The notes under the pieces are model-generated. The model did not search any database. It was not told the origin of the DNA and was given only the letters and a program-made list of their open reading frames with translations. This document shows positions 1-10,044 of a stretch of 64,000 nt of DNA, piece by piece (positions within the stretch are counted from its first letter, which is position 1; every line of letters begins with the position of its first letter). The position numbers were made by a program, and so were the translations under genes. Source of the DNA: Gemmatimonadaceae bacterium (GTDB lineage Bacteria; Gemmatimonadota; Gemmatimonadetes; Gemmatimonadales; Gemmatimonadaceae); assembly GCA_039920785.1 (NCBI GenBank), contig JBDSDB010000203.1:1042-65041 (forward strand), given 5' to 3'.

Positions 1-1
1 C

Positions 2-175
2 ATCGTCATCACGCACAACCCCCGCACGACGACCGAGGCGGGTGACGCGGTCTACGGCGTCACGATGCAGGAGCCCGGCGTATCGTCGCTGGTCAGTGTG
101 CGCATGCGCGGCCCGTCCACCGAGCCCGCGCCGCCGCTGGAGCCGGTCGTCGAGGAAGCCGGCGCAGCGACGTGA
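2..175 (+). CDS. smc: chromosome segregation protein SMC, C-terminal fragment (5' end lies outside the window)
   Basis: Frame 2 reads IVITHNPRTTTEAGDAVYGVTMQEPGVSSLVSVRM...AAT*. This matches the conserved SMC C-terminal tail (ITHN ... YGVTMQEPGVS.LVSV). TGA is at 173-175. The ORF is open to the window edge, so it is missing from the ORF track. Confidence 0.75.
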   Translation: MVITHNPRTTTEAGDAVYGVTMQEPGVSSLVSVRMRGPSTEPAPPLEPVVEEAGAAT

Positions 176-1212
176 CTCGGGTGCGCGCGCTCGGCGCGCT
201 CTGGGTGGCCCTCGTCGCGCTCGCTGTTCCGAGCGCGGTGCGCGCGCAGGGAGTCATCCAGCTCGTGTTGCCCACGCAGGATCCACTGCCGGCGACGCCG
301 CGCATCCTCGTGCGCGCCACTGGCTTTCCGCTCTCGGCGGGCCAGCTGCAGATTCGTCTACGGCTCTCGTTGAGCAGCGGGTTCGGTCTCATCCTCTATG
401 ACTCCACCAAATCGGGCACCGAGATCGAGTTCACCACGACGCAGTTGCTCCCCGAGAACCGAGACATCTTCGCCGAAGCGACCGTGTTCGATCAGCAGGG
501 GCGCGCACTGAGCTCGGTCATCTCTCCCGTGGGGCGCACCGGTCCCCGGCTCACGCTTTTGGATCCCGGCGGACAGACGAGCGTGAGTCTCAACACGCAG
601 CAGCCCCGCTTCTCGTGGCGCAGTGCGCAGATCAACTCGCCGCCCGGGCCGTGGGTATACGAGCTGTTCGTCACCAACGTGGCCACGCAGGAGACTCGCT
701 CGCGCGGAGGCATCATCGACACCGTGTATCTCTACCCGGACACGCTTCAGGCCAACACCTCCTATCGCTGGAAGGTCGTCGCGCGCCCGCTCAACGGTAT
801 GCTCTCCGACAGCGTCTCGGTGAGCAGCCTGTCGAGCTTCGTGATCGCTCCGGCAAACCAGCCGGTCGCCACACTGCTGTATCAGAACTTTCCGAATCCT
901 TTCCCCGCCGTCTCGTCGCAGACCACGTGCATCTGGTTCGACCTTCGCACCGCGGCCGAGGTGCGGCTCATGATCTACGATCTTCGGGGCAACCCCGTTC
1001 GCACGATCGTGCCAAGCCCGCAGTTCGCCGGCACGCTCGCGGCCGGCCGCTACGGGCGGCTCAACGACGCCGCGTCCAAAGGCTGCGATCCGCGGCTCGC
1101 CTGGGACGGCACCGCCGACGACGGACGCGCCGTCGCGCCGGGCGTGTATCTCGTGCGGCTCAGAGCGGACGGCTACGAGTCCATGCGGAAGATCGTCTTC
1201 CGAGGCCGCTGA
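172..1212 (+). CDS. secreted protein with C-terminal FlgD-Ig-like / T9SS-type sorting domain
   Basis: GTG start overlaps the smc stop (GTGA). N-terminal signal peptide (ALWVALVALAVPSAVRAQG). C-terminal LYQNFPNPFP...IYDLRGNPVRTIV...GVYLVRLRADG is the typical FlgD-Ig/Por-tail signature. Confidence 0.7.
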   Translation: MTRVRALGALWVALVALAVPSAVRAQGVIQLVLPTQDPLPATPRILVRATGFPLSAGQLQIRLRLSLSSGFGLILYDSTKSGTEIEFTTTQLLPENRDIFAEATVFDQQGRALSSVISPVGRTGPRLTLLDPGGQTSVSLNTQQPRFSWRSAQINSPPGPWVYELFVTNVATQETRSRGGIIDTVYLYPDTLQANTSYRWKVVARPLNGMLSDSVSVSSLSSFVIAPANQPVATLLYQNFPNPFPAVSSQTTCIWFDLRTAAEVRLMIYDLRGNPVRTIVPSPQFAGTLAAGRYGRLNDAASKGCDPRLAWDGTADDGRAVAPGVYLVRLRADGYESMRKIVFRGR

Positions 1213-1213
1213 C

Positions 1214-1981
1214 ATGCGTCTCGTGACGCTCGGCACTGGTACCGTCGCACTCTCCGCGGCGCGTGTGTGCGCGGGACACTACGTCGAAGCAGGCACGGTG
1301 CGGCTGCTGCTCGACTGCGGCAGTGGCGTCACGCATCGCCTCGCCGAGTTCGGCGTGCCGTGGCGCTCCATCACGCATGTCGCCATCACACACTTTCACC
1401 TCGACCACATCGCCGATCTCGCCACGCTCGTCTTTGCGTGGAAGTACGGCGATCTGCCGGGCCGGAGCGCGCCCCTGACGCTCATCGGTCCGCAGGGCAC
1501 GGCGGCGCTCCTCGAGCGCCTCATCGCTGCCTTCGGCGACTGGCTCCGCGACCCGGGCTTCCCGATCCTGATCCTCGAGATGGAGCCCGGCGCCGTGCTG
1601 GATCTCGGCGACGGCGTCGGCATCCGCGCGACCAAGGTTCCGCACACCGATGAGAGCATCGCGTACTCGATCGAGCGCGGCGGTCGGCGCATCGTGTACA
1701 CTGGAGACACCGGCTACGACCCGATGCTCGCGGAGTGGGCGCGCGGCACCGACGTGCTCCTGTGCGAGTGCTCGCTCCCGACGGAGATGGCGATCCCCTC
1801 GCATCTCACGCCGGAGCAGTGCGGCGCGCTCGCCGCCGCGGCGTTGCCGCAGCATCTGGTGCTTACACACTTCTATCCGCCGGTGGAGTGCGTGGACATC
1901 CGCGCGGTCATCGGTTCACTGTATGGCGGCCTGCTCACGCTCGCCGATGATGGGTCAACGTTCGAGATCGAGGAAGACTGA
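1214..1981 (+). CDS. MBL-fold metallo-hydrolase (RNase Z-like)
   Basis: HFHLDHIADL metal-binding motif (HxHxDH). The length and remaining histidines and aspartates fit the beta-lactamase fold. Confidence 0.8.
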   Translation: MRLVTLGTGTVALSAARVCAGHYVEAGTVRLLLDCGSGVTHRLAEFGVPWRSITHVAITHFHLDHIADLATLVFAWKYGDLPGRSAPLTLIGPQGTAALLERLIAAFGDWLRDPGFPILILEMEPGAVLDLGDGVGIRATKVPHTDESIAYSIERGGRRIVYTGDTGYDPMLAEWARGTDVLLCECSLPTEMAIPSHLTPEQCGALAAAALPQHLVLTHFYPPVECVDIRAVIGSLYGGLLTLADDGSTFEIEED

Positions 1982-3033
1982 TGCTGGTGGTGATGGAGCA
2001 CGGTGCGACGCAGGCGCAGATCGACAGGGTCGTCAGCGTCATCGTCGAGATGGGGTACCAGGCGCAGCCGATGCCGGGCGCGCAGCGCACCTCGGTCGGC
2101 CTCGTCGGCAACGATGGGCACGTCGATGGGTCGCAACTCGAGTCGCTCGACGGCGTGGCCGAAGTCATCCACGTCTCGAAGCCGTACAAGCAGGTCTCAC
2201 GCGAGTGGCGCCCCGAGAACACGCTGGTCACCATCGCGCCCGGCGTCGTCTTCGGCGGCACTGCGATCCCCATCATCGCGGGACCGTGCTCCGTCGAGAC
2301 CGAAGAGCAGATCGTGCTCGCCGCGCAGCAGGTGAAGGCCGCGGGCGCCGCCGCGCTGCGCGGCGGCGCGTTCAAGCCGCGCAGCTCGCCGTACTCGTTT
2401 CAGGGACTCGGCCGGAAAGGGCTCGAGCTCCTCGCGCTGGCGCGGCGCGAGACCGGGCTGCCGATCGTCACCGAAGCGCTGGACGAAGAGGGCGCGCATC
2501 ACGTCGCCGAGGTCGCCGACTGCATTCAGATCGGCGCCCGCAACATGCAGAACTACGCGCTGCTCCGAACCATCGGCCGGCTCGGCAAGCCGGTGCTGCT
2601 CAAGCGCGGCATGGCCGCCACGATCACCGATCTTCTGATGAGCGCCGAGTATCTTCTGGCCGAGGGCAACGGTCAGGTCATCCTCTGCGAGCGCGGCATC
2701 CGCAGCTTCGACAGCGCCACGCGCAACCTGTTCGATCTCACGGCGATTCCGCTCGTGCAGAAGCTGTCCCATCTACCCATGGTCGGAGACCCCAGCCACG
2801 GCACCGGCCTGCGCGACAAGGTCATCCCGATGGGCCGCGCCGCGATCGCCGCGGGAGCGGACGGGCTGCTCGTCGAGATGCACCCGAACCCCGATCGTGC
2901 CCTCTCCGACGGCGGGCAGTCGCTCTTCCCCGACCAGCTCGCGCGGCTCGTGCGTGAGACGCGCGCGATCGCCGAAGCCATCGGACGCTCGCTCACGCCG
3001 CCCCCGGGGACTGGGCCGGAACCGCTCCCATGA
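1981..3033 (+). CDS. aroF: 3-deoxy-7-phosphoheptulonate (DAHP) synthase, type I-beta with N-terminal ferredoxin-like regulatory domain
   Basis: The ATG overlaps the upstream stop (TGATG). IIAGPCSVETEEQ, GAFKPRSSPYSFQGLG and KRG motifs match Thermotoga/Bacillus-type DAHP synthase. About 70 aa of N-terminal extension. Confidence 0.9.
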   Translation: MLVVMEHGATQAQIDRVVSVIVEMGYQAQPMPGAQRTSVGLVGNDGHVDGSQLESLDGVAEVIHVSKPYKQVSREWRPENTLVTIAPGVVFGGTAIPIIAGPCSVETEEQIVLAAQQVKAAGAAALRGGAFKPRSSPYSFQGLGRKGLELLALARRETGLPIVTEALDEEGAHHVAEVADCIQIGARNMQNYALLRTIGRLGKPVLLKRGMAATITDLLMSAEYLLAEGNGQVILCERGIRSFDSATRNLFDLTAIPLVQKLSHLPMVGDPSHGTGLRDKVIPMGRAAIAAGADGLLVEMHPNPDRALSDGGQSLFPDQLARLVRETRAIAEAIGRSLTPPPGTGPEPLP

Positions 3034-3089
3034 GCCCCGGGTAGGACATTCCGACGGCGCGCTGCAGCGCCGCTCACACTGGAGCTCGC

Positions 3090-3758
3090 ATGCACGTTCG
3101 ACGTCTACAGTCGCTCATCCTCGCGGGGGCACTCCTCGCGCCGCTGTCATTCGCCTCTGCCCGCCCGCGCGCGCAGGGAGACCTCCTCGATCGCGCCGCC
3201 GCCCTCTGGTCCAAGGCCCGCACCGCGCGCGCCACGTTCGAGCAGACGATCACGAACTCGCTCACCGGCGGGACGCTCACGGCCACTGGCGAGTACCAGC
3301 AGCAGAAGCCAGGCAAGCTGTCCGTCAGCTTCTCCAAGCCCGCCAACGAACGGATCGTCGCCGACGGCAAGTATCTCTGGCTGTATCTCCCGAGTACGAC
3401 GCCCGGACAGGTGATCCGCACCTCGATGACGGAGGGCAGCAGCGGCATGATGGATCCCACGCAGTTCCTGAACTCGCCGCGCGCGCGCTTCATCGTCGTT
3501 CCCGCGGGAACCCTCGCCATCGGCGGACGTCCAACGCACGCCTTCACCCTCACGCCCAAGTCCAAGGCGGGCGCGCCCTTTCAGACGGCCACCGTCTGGA
3601 TCGACGACGCCGACGCCACGGTTCGCCAATTCGACGTGGCGGAGAACACGGGTGTGCAGCGGAAGGTCCGACTGACCTCGTTCAAGACGAACGTCGCCGT
3701 CGACGCGGGCGCGTTCACCTTCGAGGTGCCCGCTGGCGCGCGGGTGGTGAATCACTGA
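3090..3758 (+). CDS. LolA-like outer-membrane lipoprotein carrier protein
   Basis: Signal peptide. TFEQT...G.Y...PGKL....P....IVADGKYLWLY.P pattern typical of LolA-fold proteins. Confidence 0.65.
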   Translation: MHVRRLQSLILAGALLAPLSFASARPRAQGDLLDRAAALWSKARTARATFEQTITNSLTGGTLTATGEYQQQKPGKLSVSFSKPANERIVADGKYLWLYLPSTTPGQVIRTSMTEGSSGMMDPTQFLNSPRARFIVVPAGTLAIGGRPTHAFTLTPKSKAGAPFQTATVWIDDADATVRQFDVAENTGVQRKVRLTSFKTNVAVDAGAFTFEVPAGARVVNH

Positions 3759-3803
3759 TCGCGGACCGCTCGCGCTGGTCCATCGTTCCACGCACGACCG
3801 AAC

Positions 3804-3834
3804 GAGGCCGCGCCACGCGCGGCCTCGTTTGTGT
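3804..3834 (+). terminator. intrinsic terminator after the lolA-like gene
   Basis: GAGGCCGCG-ccacg-CGCGGCCTC hairpin (9-10 bp) followed by GTTTGTGTG. Confidence 0.6.
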
Positions 3835-3968
3835 GCTGGCCACGCTCACCCCCGCGAAGACGTTCTCGTCCCCGCTGGTCGAGGCTTCGTTCTGGCGCCA
3901 TACTTGGCGCAACCCGAGGCGACGCGCCTCTGCACGCAACGACGTGAACCTTTCACTCTGCATCCCGA

Positions 3969-5078
3969 ATGCACTCTGAGGCCATGATGCGCACTCACAC
4001 GGTGGGACGCTTCGTCACGCTCGCCGCCGCTCTCGCGGCGATGCTGGTCGCGCGCCCGCTCTCCGCCCAGTCGGCCGCGGGTCACGCGCCACACGCCGCG
4101 CCGCCCGCAGAGAAAACGATTCGCACCCTGATGAGCGCCATTCCGGATTCCGTGCGCGCGGCGGCGACCTTCAGCTTCGACACGACCGAGCGATTGAACT
4201 GGTTCTACGTCCCGCTCGACCGGCAGGGACTCCTGTTGTCGCGCATGACGCCGGCGGCGCGGTCGCTCGTCGACACGCTGCTGCACTCCGGTCTGAGCGC
4301 GAGCGGATTCGCCACCGCCAAGACCATCATGCGTCACGAAGCGATCCTCAATGCGATCGAGGCGGCTGGCCCCGCGTCGGGCCGCCGCTTCGTGCGCGAC
4401 TCGAACAAGTACTACCTGAGCGTGTTCGGCTCGCCCGACGCGAGCGATGTGTGGGGCTGGCGCGTGGAGGGACATCACCTCTCGGTGAACTACACCGGTG
4501 TCGGTGCGGCGGCGCAGGTGGTCTCGCCGCTCTTCATGGGCGCGAACCCGGCGCGCGTGCTCTCCGGGCCGAACGCCGGCCTCCGCATCCTCGCGGCGGA
4601 AGAGGATGTGGCGCGCGCGCTCGTGACGATGCTCGACGCGAAGCGCCGCGCCGTCGCCGTCTTCTCCGACACGGCGTTCGTGGAGGTGGAGACGCGAAAC
4701 GATCCGAAGGCGCGGCCGCTGAGCATGGAAGGTCTGCGCGCCGCAGACATGTCGTCGGCAGAGCGTGCGCAGCTCCGAACGCTTCTCGACGTGTATGCCA
4801 ACCGCATGTCGGCTGCTGCGCGCACACACGCCATGCGCGACATCCAGGATGGCGGGTTCGACGCGCTGCGCTTTGCCTGGGCGGGAAGCACGGCGGTGGG
4901 CCAGGCGCACTACTATCGCATCCACGGCCCGACCATTCTCATCGAGTATGACAATCAGCAGACCAACGCCAACCACATCCACACCGTGTGGCGCGATCTG
5001 CGTCACGACTTCGGAGGCGATCTGCTGGCCACGCACTACAAGCAGCACAAGCACCCACAGCCCGGGTCGGCACGATGA
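3969..5078 (+). CDS. DUF3500 domain-containing secreted protein
   Basis: Signal peptide. HHLSVNYT and HYYRIHGPTILIEYDNQQ..ANHIHTVWRD motifs are characteristic of DUF3500. Confidence 0.8.
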   Translation: MHSEAMMRTHTVGRFVTLAAALAAMLVARPLSAQSAAGHAPHAAPPAEKTIRTLMSAIPDSVRAAATFSFDTTERLNWFYVPLDRQGLLLSRMTPAARSLVDTLLHSGLSASGFATAKTIMRHEAILNAIEAAGPASGRRFVRDSNKYYLSVFGSPDASDVWGWRVEGHHLSVNYTGVGAAAQVVSPLFMGANPARVLSGPNAGLRILAAEEDVARALVTMLDAKRRAVAVFSDTAFVEVETRNDPKARPLSMEGLRAADMSSAERAQLRTLLDVYANRMSAAARTHAMRDIQDGGFDALRFAWAGSTAVGQAHYYRIHGPTILIEYDNQQTNANHIHTVWRDLRHDFGGDLLATHYKQHKHPQPGSAR

Positions 5079-6427
5079 CGATGCCGACGATCGCGGCGCG
5101 CCCACTCCGTATCCGCCGGACCGCATGGCGCGCCGCCGCGCTTCTCGTGTTCGGTGCGTCGCCCGTCGCGCTACAGGCACAGAGCGCGAGGACCGAGCCC
5201 AGCGCCTCACTACGATTCTCGCGCGACCGGTTGACGCGCATTGACCGATTCCTGCAAGAGCGCGTCGACTCGAATCGCATTGGCGGAGCCGTCGCGCTGG
5301 TGCTGCGTGACGGGCGGGTGGCGTATCAGAAAGCCGTTGGGTGGGGCGACCGGGAGTCGCGCCGTGCGATGAGTCAGGACGCCATCTTCCGCATCGCCTC
5401 GCAGTCCAAGGCCATCACGAGCACTGCGATCCTCATGCTCGTGGAAGAGGGCAGGATCACGCTCGGCGATCCCGTCAGCCAGTTCATCCCCGCCTACGCG
5501 CACACCACCGTCGCCTCGCGCGCCGACAGCGGACGCACAACCGTGCCCGCGCGCCGGCAGATCACGATCAAGGATCTGCTCACGCACTCGTCGGGCATCT
5601 CGTACGGCACCGACGCGATCATCGCGCAGCTGTACGCCTCGAAGGCGCTTGGTCCCGCGGCCGGCCGGGGATGGTACACCGCCGACAAGTCGGAGCCGAT
5701 CTGCGAGACGATGGAGCGGCTGGCGACCCTGCCGTTCATCGCCCAGCCGGGAGAGTCGTACGTGTACGGCTACAACACCGACATCCTGGGATGCGTCGTC
5801 GAACGCGCGTCCGGTCTCTCGCTGGACGAGTTCATCCGCACGCGCATCACCGTCCCGCTCGGCATGCGCGACACGCATTTCTTCCTGCCCGAGTCCAAGC
5901 GCGCGCGACTCGTCACGGTGTATGCGACGGACAGTGCCGGGCGCGTCGCTCGCGCGCCGAACGGTCCACTCGGCCAGGGAGACTACGTCGACGGTCCTCG
6001 GCGGAACTACTCAGGCGGAGCTGGCCTGCTCTCCACTGCCCACGACTACGCCCGCTTCCTCCAGATGATCCTCAATCGGGGCGAGCTGGATGGCGTGCGA
6101 ATCCTGTCGCCGAAGATGGTCGACGTGATGACGTCGAACCAGCTCGGCACGCTGTTCCCGCAGCCGGGCCGCGGGTTCGGCCTGGGGTTCGAGACGGTGG
6201 ACCGACAGGGCGCGGACGGACTCAAGTCCGTGGGGAGCTTCGGCTGGGGAGGTGCCTACGGCAGCACGTATTTCGTGGATCCTGTCGAACGGCTCGTCGT
6301 CGTGTTCATGCTCAACCAGATGCCCCTGAGGTCGGACATGGCGCCCAAGTTCCCGACGCTCGTGTACCAGGCACTCGTCGAGTCTTCTCCTCGGGCCGAC
6401 CGGCGCGCACGAGCGGAGGCGAGATAG
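5075..6427 (+). CDS. serine hydrolase (class C beta-lactamase / penicillin-binding family)
   Basis: ATG at 5075 gives an ATGA overlap with the DUF3500 stop and is followed by a signal peptide. SQSK (SxxK) active-site motif in FRIASQSKAITS. C-terminal GWGGAYGS. Confidence 0.85.
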   Translation: MTMPTIAARPLRIRRTAWRAAALLVFGASPVALQAQSARTEPSASLRFSRDRLTRIDRFLQERVDSNRIGGAVALVLRDGRVAYQKAVGWGDRESRRAMSQDAIFRIASQSKAITSTAILMLVEEGRITLGDPVSQFIPAYAHTTVASRADSGRTTVPARRQITIKDLLTHSSGISYGTDAIIAQLYASKALGPAAGRGWYTADKSEPICETMERLATLPFIAQPGESYVYGYNTDILGCVVERASGLSLDEFIRTRITVPLGMRDTHFFLPESKRARLVTVYATDSAGRVARAPNGPLGQGDYVDGPRRNYSGGAGLLSTAHDYARFLQMILNRGELDGVRILSPKMVDVMTSNQLGTLFPQPGRGFGLGFETVDRQGADGLKSVGSFGWGGAYGSTYFVDPVERLVVVFMLNQMPLRSDMAPKFPTLVYQALVESSPRADRRARAEAR

Positions 6428-6466
6428 CCCGAGGCGAATAGCAGTGGCCCTCGACGTTATCCCGAC

Positions 6467-8056
6467 TCACTTGCCTGCGCGCTGAAGCAGGTCTTTCGGC
6501 GTCGTCGCGCTGCGCAATAGCTCCTGCGCCTTCGCGACCGTCGCGTCTTCTCGAAGGGTGCGCGCGAACTCAGCCTGCGTGCCGAACACGAAGCGCGTGA
6601 TGTGCGACGCGAGCAGCCGCGTCACGAGCCCGTGCGCCGAATCGAAGACGGCGCGATCGAGGACGATGCCGCGCGACTGCATCCGGCGATACAGCTCGTC
6701 GCGCATGGCGGGCGTGACCGCGAAGGTCGGGCTGGTGATGGTCTGCGACGACTTGAGCGCGATGGCGTAGTCCACCAACGCATTGCGGAATTGCGGGACC
6801 TTGGCGCCGAGCGCTGTCTGCATCGCCTTGTCCTCCTTCGTCGCGATCCGGCTCGGCACCTCGACGTCGGGGACGATCCCACCCCCGCCGAGCACCTTGC
6901 GGCCGGCGTCCGTCTTGAATGCGGGACGCGGCTTCATAGTGTCGGCCCGCACCGCCGCGTCGTCGCCCACGCCCGTGGAGTCGTTGTCCGGGCGCGGCCG
7001 GTTGATGCTCCGGCCGCTCGGCGTGTACCAGAGCGCAGTGGTCAGCTTGACGGCACCATCCTGGATGCGGAACACGCGTTGCGCGCTGCCCTTGCCATAC
7101 GTCGCCGTTCCCACGACGAGCGCGCGATCGTGATCCTGCAGCGCGCCGGCCACGATCTCACTCGCCGAGGCGCTGCCGCTGTCGGTCAGCACCACGAGCG
7201 GCATCGTGCCCCATCGCTGCGGCGCGCGATCGGCGAACGCCCGGTTCTCGTCCGCCGTCCGGCCGCGCGTCGCGACGATCGACTGTCCGGCGTCGAGGAA
7301 GAGATCGGCCACCCCGATGCCCTGATCGAGCAGACCACCGGGATTACCGCGCAGGTCCAGCACGAGTGACCTGGCACCGACGGCGCGAAGCGAATCGGTC
7401 GCGCGTTGCAGGTCCACCGCCGCCTCCGCACTGAACACGCTCAGGTCGAGGTAGCCCACGCCGTCGGGCAGCAGCAACGCGTGCTGCACCGGATTGACCT
7501 GGATCTCGCGTCGCGTGAGGGTGAACGAGAGCGGCGCGAGAATGCCCGGGCGCTCAACCGTCACGCGCACGGGAGTGCCCGCCGGTCCGCGCAGCGTCTT
7601 GAGCGCTTCATCAGAAGTGAGGCCGTGCGTCGCCTTGCCGTCGATCTCGACGATGCGGTCGCCAGCGGACATCCCCGCCTGCTCCGCCGGCGTGCCCGGT
7701 AGCGTCGCGACCACCGTGATGCCGCTGTCGCGAACGTCCATCTGAATGCCGACACCGGCGTAGTGGCCGCTGGTGCTCTCGTCGAGGCGGCTCAGACGTT
7801 TGGGATCGAGGAAGACGGTGTGCGGATCGTGCAGCTCACCAAGGAGGCCGCTCACCGCCTTGCGGTAGAGCAGCGAATCGGGAAGCGTGTCCACGTAGTT
7901 CCGGCGAAGGTGCATCAGCACCTCGTCGAACAGCCGCGCACCGGCCGCCGCGTCGAGCGGGCCGCGGGACATGGTGCCCTGTTCCATCAGCCAGCCGCCA
8001 GACACCAGCGCGCCGGACAGCACCGCCGCTGCGACTAACCCTCGTGGTGACCGCAT
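6467..8056 (-). CDS. S41 family carboxy-terminal processing peptidase (PDZ domain)
   Basis: Internal ATG at 8056 precedes a TM/signal segment (LVAAAVLSGALVSGGWL). PDZ segment (GIQM...GDRIVEIDG). LDLRGNPGG and GSASASEI catalytic Ser/Lys region. Confidence 0.9.
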   Translation of the reverse strand: MRSPRGLVAAAVLSGALVSGGWLMEQGTMSRGPLDAAAGARLFDEVLMHLRRNYVDTLPDSLLYRKAVSGLLGELHDPHTVFLDPKRLSRLDESTSGHYAGVGIQMDVRDSGITVVATLPGTPAEQAGMSAGDRIVEIDGKATHGLTSDEALKTLRGPAGTPVRVTVERPGILAPLSFTLTRREIQVNPVQHALLLPDGVGYLDLSVFSAEAAVDLQRATDSLRAVGARSLVLDLRGNPGGLLDQGIGVADLFLDAGQSIVATRGRTADENRAFADRAPQRWGTMPLVVLTDSGSASASEIVAGALQDHDRALVVGTATYGKGSAQRVFRIQDGAVKLTTALWYTPSGRSINRPRPDNDSTGVGDDAAVRADTMKPRPAFKTDAGRKVLGGGGIVPDVEVPSRIATKEDKAMQTALGAKVPQFRNALVDYAIALKSSQTITSPTFAVTPAMRDELYRRMQSRGIVLDRAVFDSAHGLVTRLLASHITRFVFGTQAEFARTLREDATVAKAQELLRSATTPKDLLQRAGK

Positions 8057-8102
8057 CCCGCTCCCGCGCTGAGTGCTCCGCCGCCCACGCGATCGAGGGC
8101 AG

Positions 8103-8792
8103 TCATGTATCAGATGCCAGAAGCCCGGCGAAAGTTCCGGGCCACCTATCGGCGAGGGTCGACCACACGCACGCCGCGACCTCCTCCTCGCTTCCCCGCC
8201 CGTCCAGCTTGAGTATCGGACCGCTTTCCGGATGTGCAGACTGCCACTCGACCTCGGCATAGCTCTCGAACGCTGCCGCTACGCGCTCATGGAACTTCTC
8301 ACCCATCGCCTCCATCCGGTCGTGCGACGTTGATCGGCCAGCCGCCCGGGCAAGCCCGTCGACCACCGGATATTCGAGCAGAAAAGTGACGTCCGGGACG
8401 AGCCCGCCCGTCGCGAACCGGTTCGCCGAACGGACCTCCTCCTCCGGCAATCCGTGCCCGCCGATCTGGTACGCATACGTACTGAGAAAGAATCGATCCA
8501 GGAGCACGACCTCTCCGCGTTTCCGCGCCGGTCGGATCTCGCGCTCCACCAACTGTGCGCGCGACGCCATGAACAAGAGTGCCTCGGCGCGCGCCTCGAT
8601 GTCCGACGCCGGATCGAGGAGCACGCGTCGCACCTCGGTGCCAAGCGGAGTGCCCCCCGGCTCTCGGAGGCACAGATGCGCCACGCCCAGCGCGGTGAGC
8701 CTTGCCGCCAGAAGGCGCAGTTGGGTGGACTTCCCCGACCCCTCGCCTCCCTCGAACACGATGAGGCGCCCTGCGCTGGCCACGGCCGTCAC
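8103..8792 (-). CDS. tmk: dTMP (thymidylate) kinase
   Basis: LIVFEGGEGSGKSTQ P-loop and LLDRF..S..AYQ motif. GTG at 8792 forms a GTGA overlap with the upstream stop. Confidence 0.9.
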   Translation of the reverse strand: MTAVASAGRLIVFEGGEGSGKSTQLRLLAARLTALGVAHLCLREPGGTPLGTEVRRVLLDPASDIEARAEALLFMASRAQLVEREIRPARKRGEVVLLDRFFLSTYAYQIGGHGLPEEEVRSANRFATGGLVPDVTFLLEYPVVDGLARAAGRSTSHDRMEAMGEKFHERVAAAFESYAEVEWQSAHPESGPILKLDGRGSEEEVAACVWSTLADRWPGTFAGLLASDT

Positions 8793-9142
8793 CCCAGCGT
8801 GATGATCGAGCTCGTCGCTCCACGTTCGATCCCGTCCACGATCCAATCGTTCACGCGCGCCATGAGCTTGTCGAAGTTCTCCTGCGCCGATACGAGCCGC
8901 TGGTAGACCGCCTGCCCCTGCACCTGCCCCAGGAGGGCGTCCAGCTCCTTCTCCATCTCCTCGGTCGGACGCTCGCCACGCTGGATCATCTGCTGGGCGT
9001 TCACGCGCAGCTGCTCCATCTGCTTGAGCAGCGCGACGGCGGCCGTGTCCTGGCCGAGCGTGTCGTTCGCGCGCTTCACCGCCTGATACTCGGAGCTCTG
9101 CCCGACCAGCCGCCCCAGCTCCTTGGCCTTGTCCTCGATCAT
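8789..9142 (-). CDS. YlbF/YmcA-like small helical protein
   Basis: 117 aa, helical. KELGRLVGQSSEYQAVK...LKQMEQL...QRL resembles the UPF0342/YlbF family. ATGA overlap with the prmC stop. The long upstream extension of the ORF is Arg/Gly junk. Confidence 0.55.
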   Translation of the reverse strand: MIEDKAKELGRLVGQSSEYQAVKRANDTLGQDTAAVALLKQMEQLRVNAQQMIQRGERPTEEMEKELDALLGQVQGQAVYQRLVSAQENFDKLMARVNDWIVDGIERGATSSIITLG

Positions 9143-10044
9143 CCGAACGCCTCCCGTCGTCTGGCGACCACGAATCGTTCGCGGCCGGTGAGATCCATCA
9201 GCACCTGCACTATCTCGTATGCGCCGTGCGACGCCACGCATTCGGCCGCGATCGACGCGCGCCGCGAGTCCACCTCGAGGGCGAGCACACCGCCGGCGCC
9301 GAGCGCGTCCGCCGCCTCGCGCACCAGCTGTGCCGTCGCGGCCATGCCATCCGACCCGCTGAACAGGGCAACCGCAGGCTCCCAATCGCGCACGCTCGCC
9401 GGCAGCACTCCGGCTTCCGCCATGGAGATGTACGGCGGATTGGACACCACCGCACGCAGCGGACGCTCGTGCACGGGTCGGAGGAGCGAGCCGACACGCA
9501 GCTCCACGGGCACGCGAAGCACCGCTGCGCACCGGCGTGCGTTGCCCTCCGCCACGGCGATGGCGTCGCGCGAGATGTCGGTGCCGATCACTCGCGCAAA
9601 CGGGCCCTCGCTCGCCAACGCCAGCGCGATGGCGCCCGAACCGGTCCCCACGTCCACCGCCACCCCACCCGGTTCGGCGCCCACGACGCCGAGCACCACG
9701 TCCACCAGCTGCTCCGTCTCCGGGCGTGGAATGAGCACGCGGTCGTCGACGTCCAGCGTGAGATGCCGGAAGGCGGCGCGCCCCGCGGCGTACTGGATCG
9801 GCGCACCCTTCAGGCGCCGGTCGGCCGCTCGCAGCGCGCACGTCCAGTCAGTTGGACTCACGACGGTGTCGCGCTCCACCACGGGCCAGTGTCGCGGCAT
9901 GTCGTGCAGCGCGGCGAGGAGCTCGCGGGCCTCGCGGCCCGCGTCCGCCCCCATGAGAGGCGCGAGCACCGCGGCCATCTCTTCGGCGAGAGCGCCGACG
10001 GTCTGCCCCTCGCTCGCCGCGAGGAGCGACGTCGCGTCAGCCAC
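9139..10044 (-). CDS. prmC: peptide chain release factor N5-glutamine methyltransferase
   Basis: VSNPPYI (NPPY) catalytic motif and [18 protein letters not shown]-binding motif. The start is either GTG 10044 (8-nt overlap with prfA) or ATG 10080. Confidence 0.85.
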   Translation of the reverse strand: MADATSLLAASEGQTVGALAEEMAAVLAPLMGADAGREARELLAALHDMPRHWPVVERDTVVSPTDWTCALRAADRRLKGAPIQYAAGRAAFRHLTLDVDDRVLIPRPETEQLVDVVLGVVGAEPGGVAVDVGTGSGAIALALASEGPFARVIGTDISRDAIAVAEGNARRCAAVLRVPVELRVGSLLRPVHERPLRAVVSNPPYISMAEAGVLPASVRDWEPAVALFSGSDGMAATAQLVREAADALGAGGVLALEVDSRRASIAAECVASHGAYEIVQVLMDLTGRERFVVARRREAFG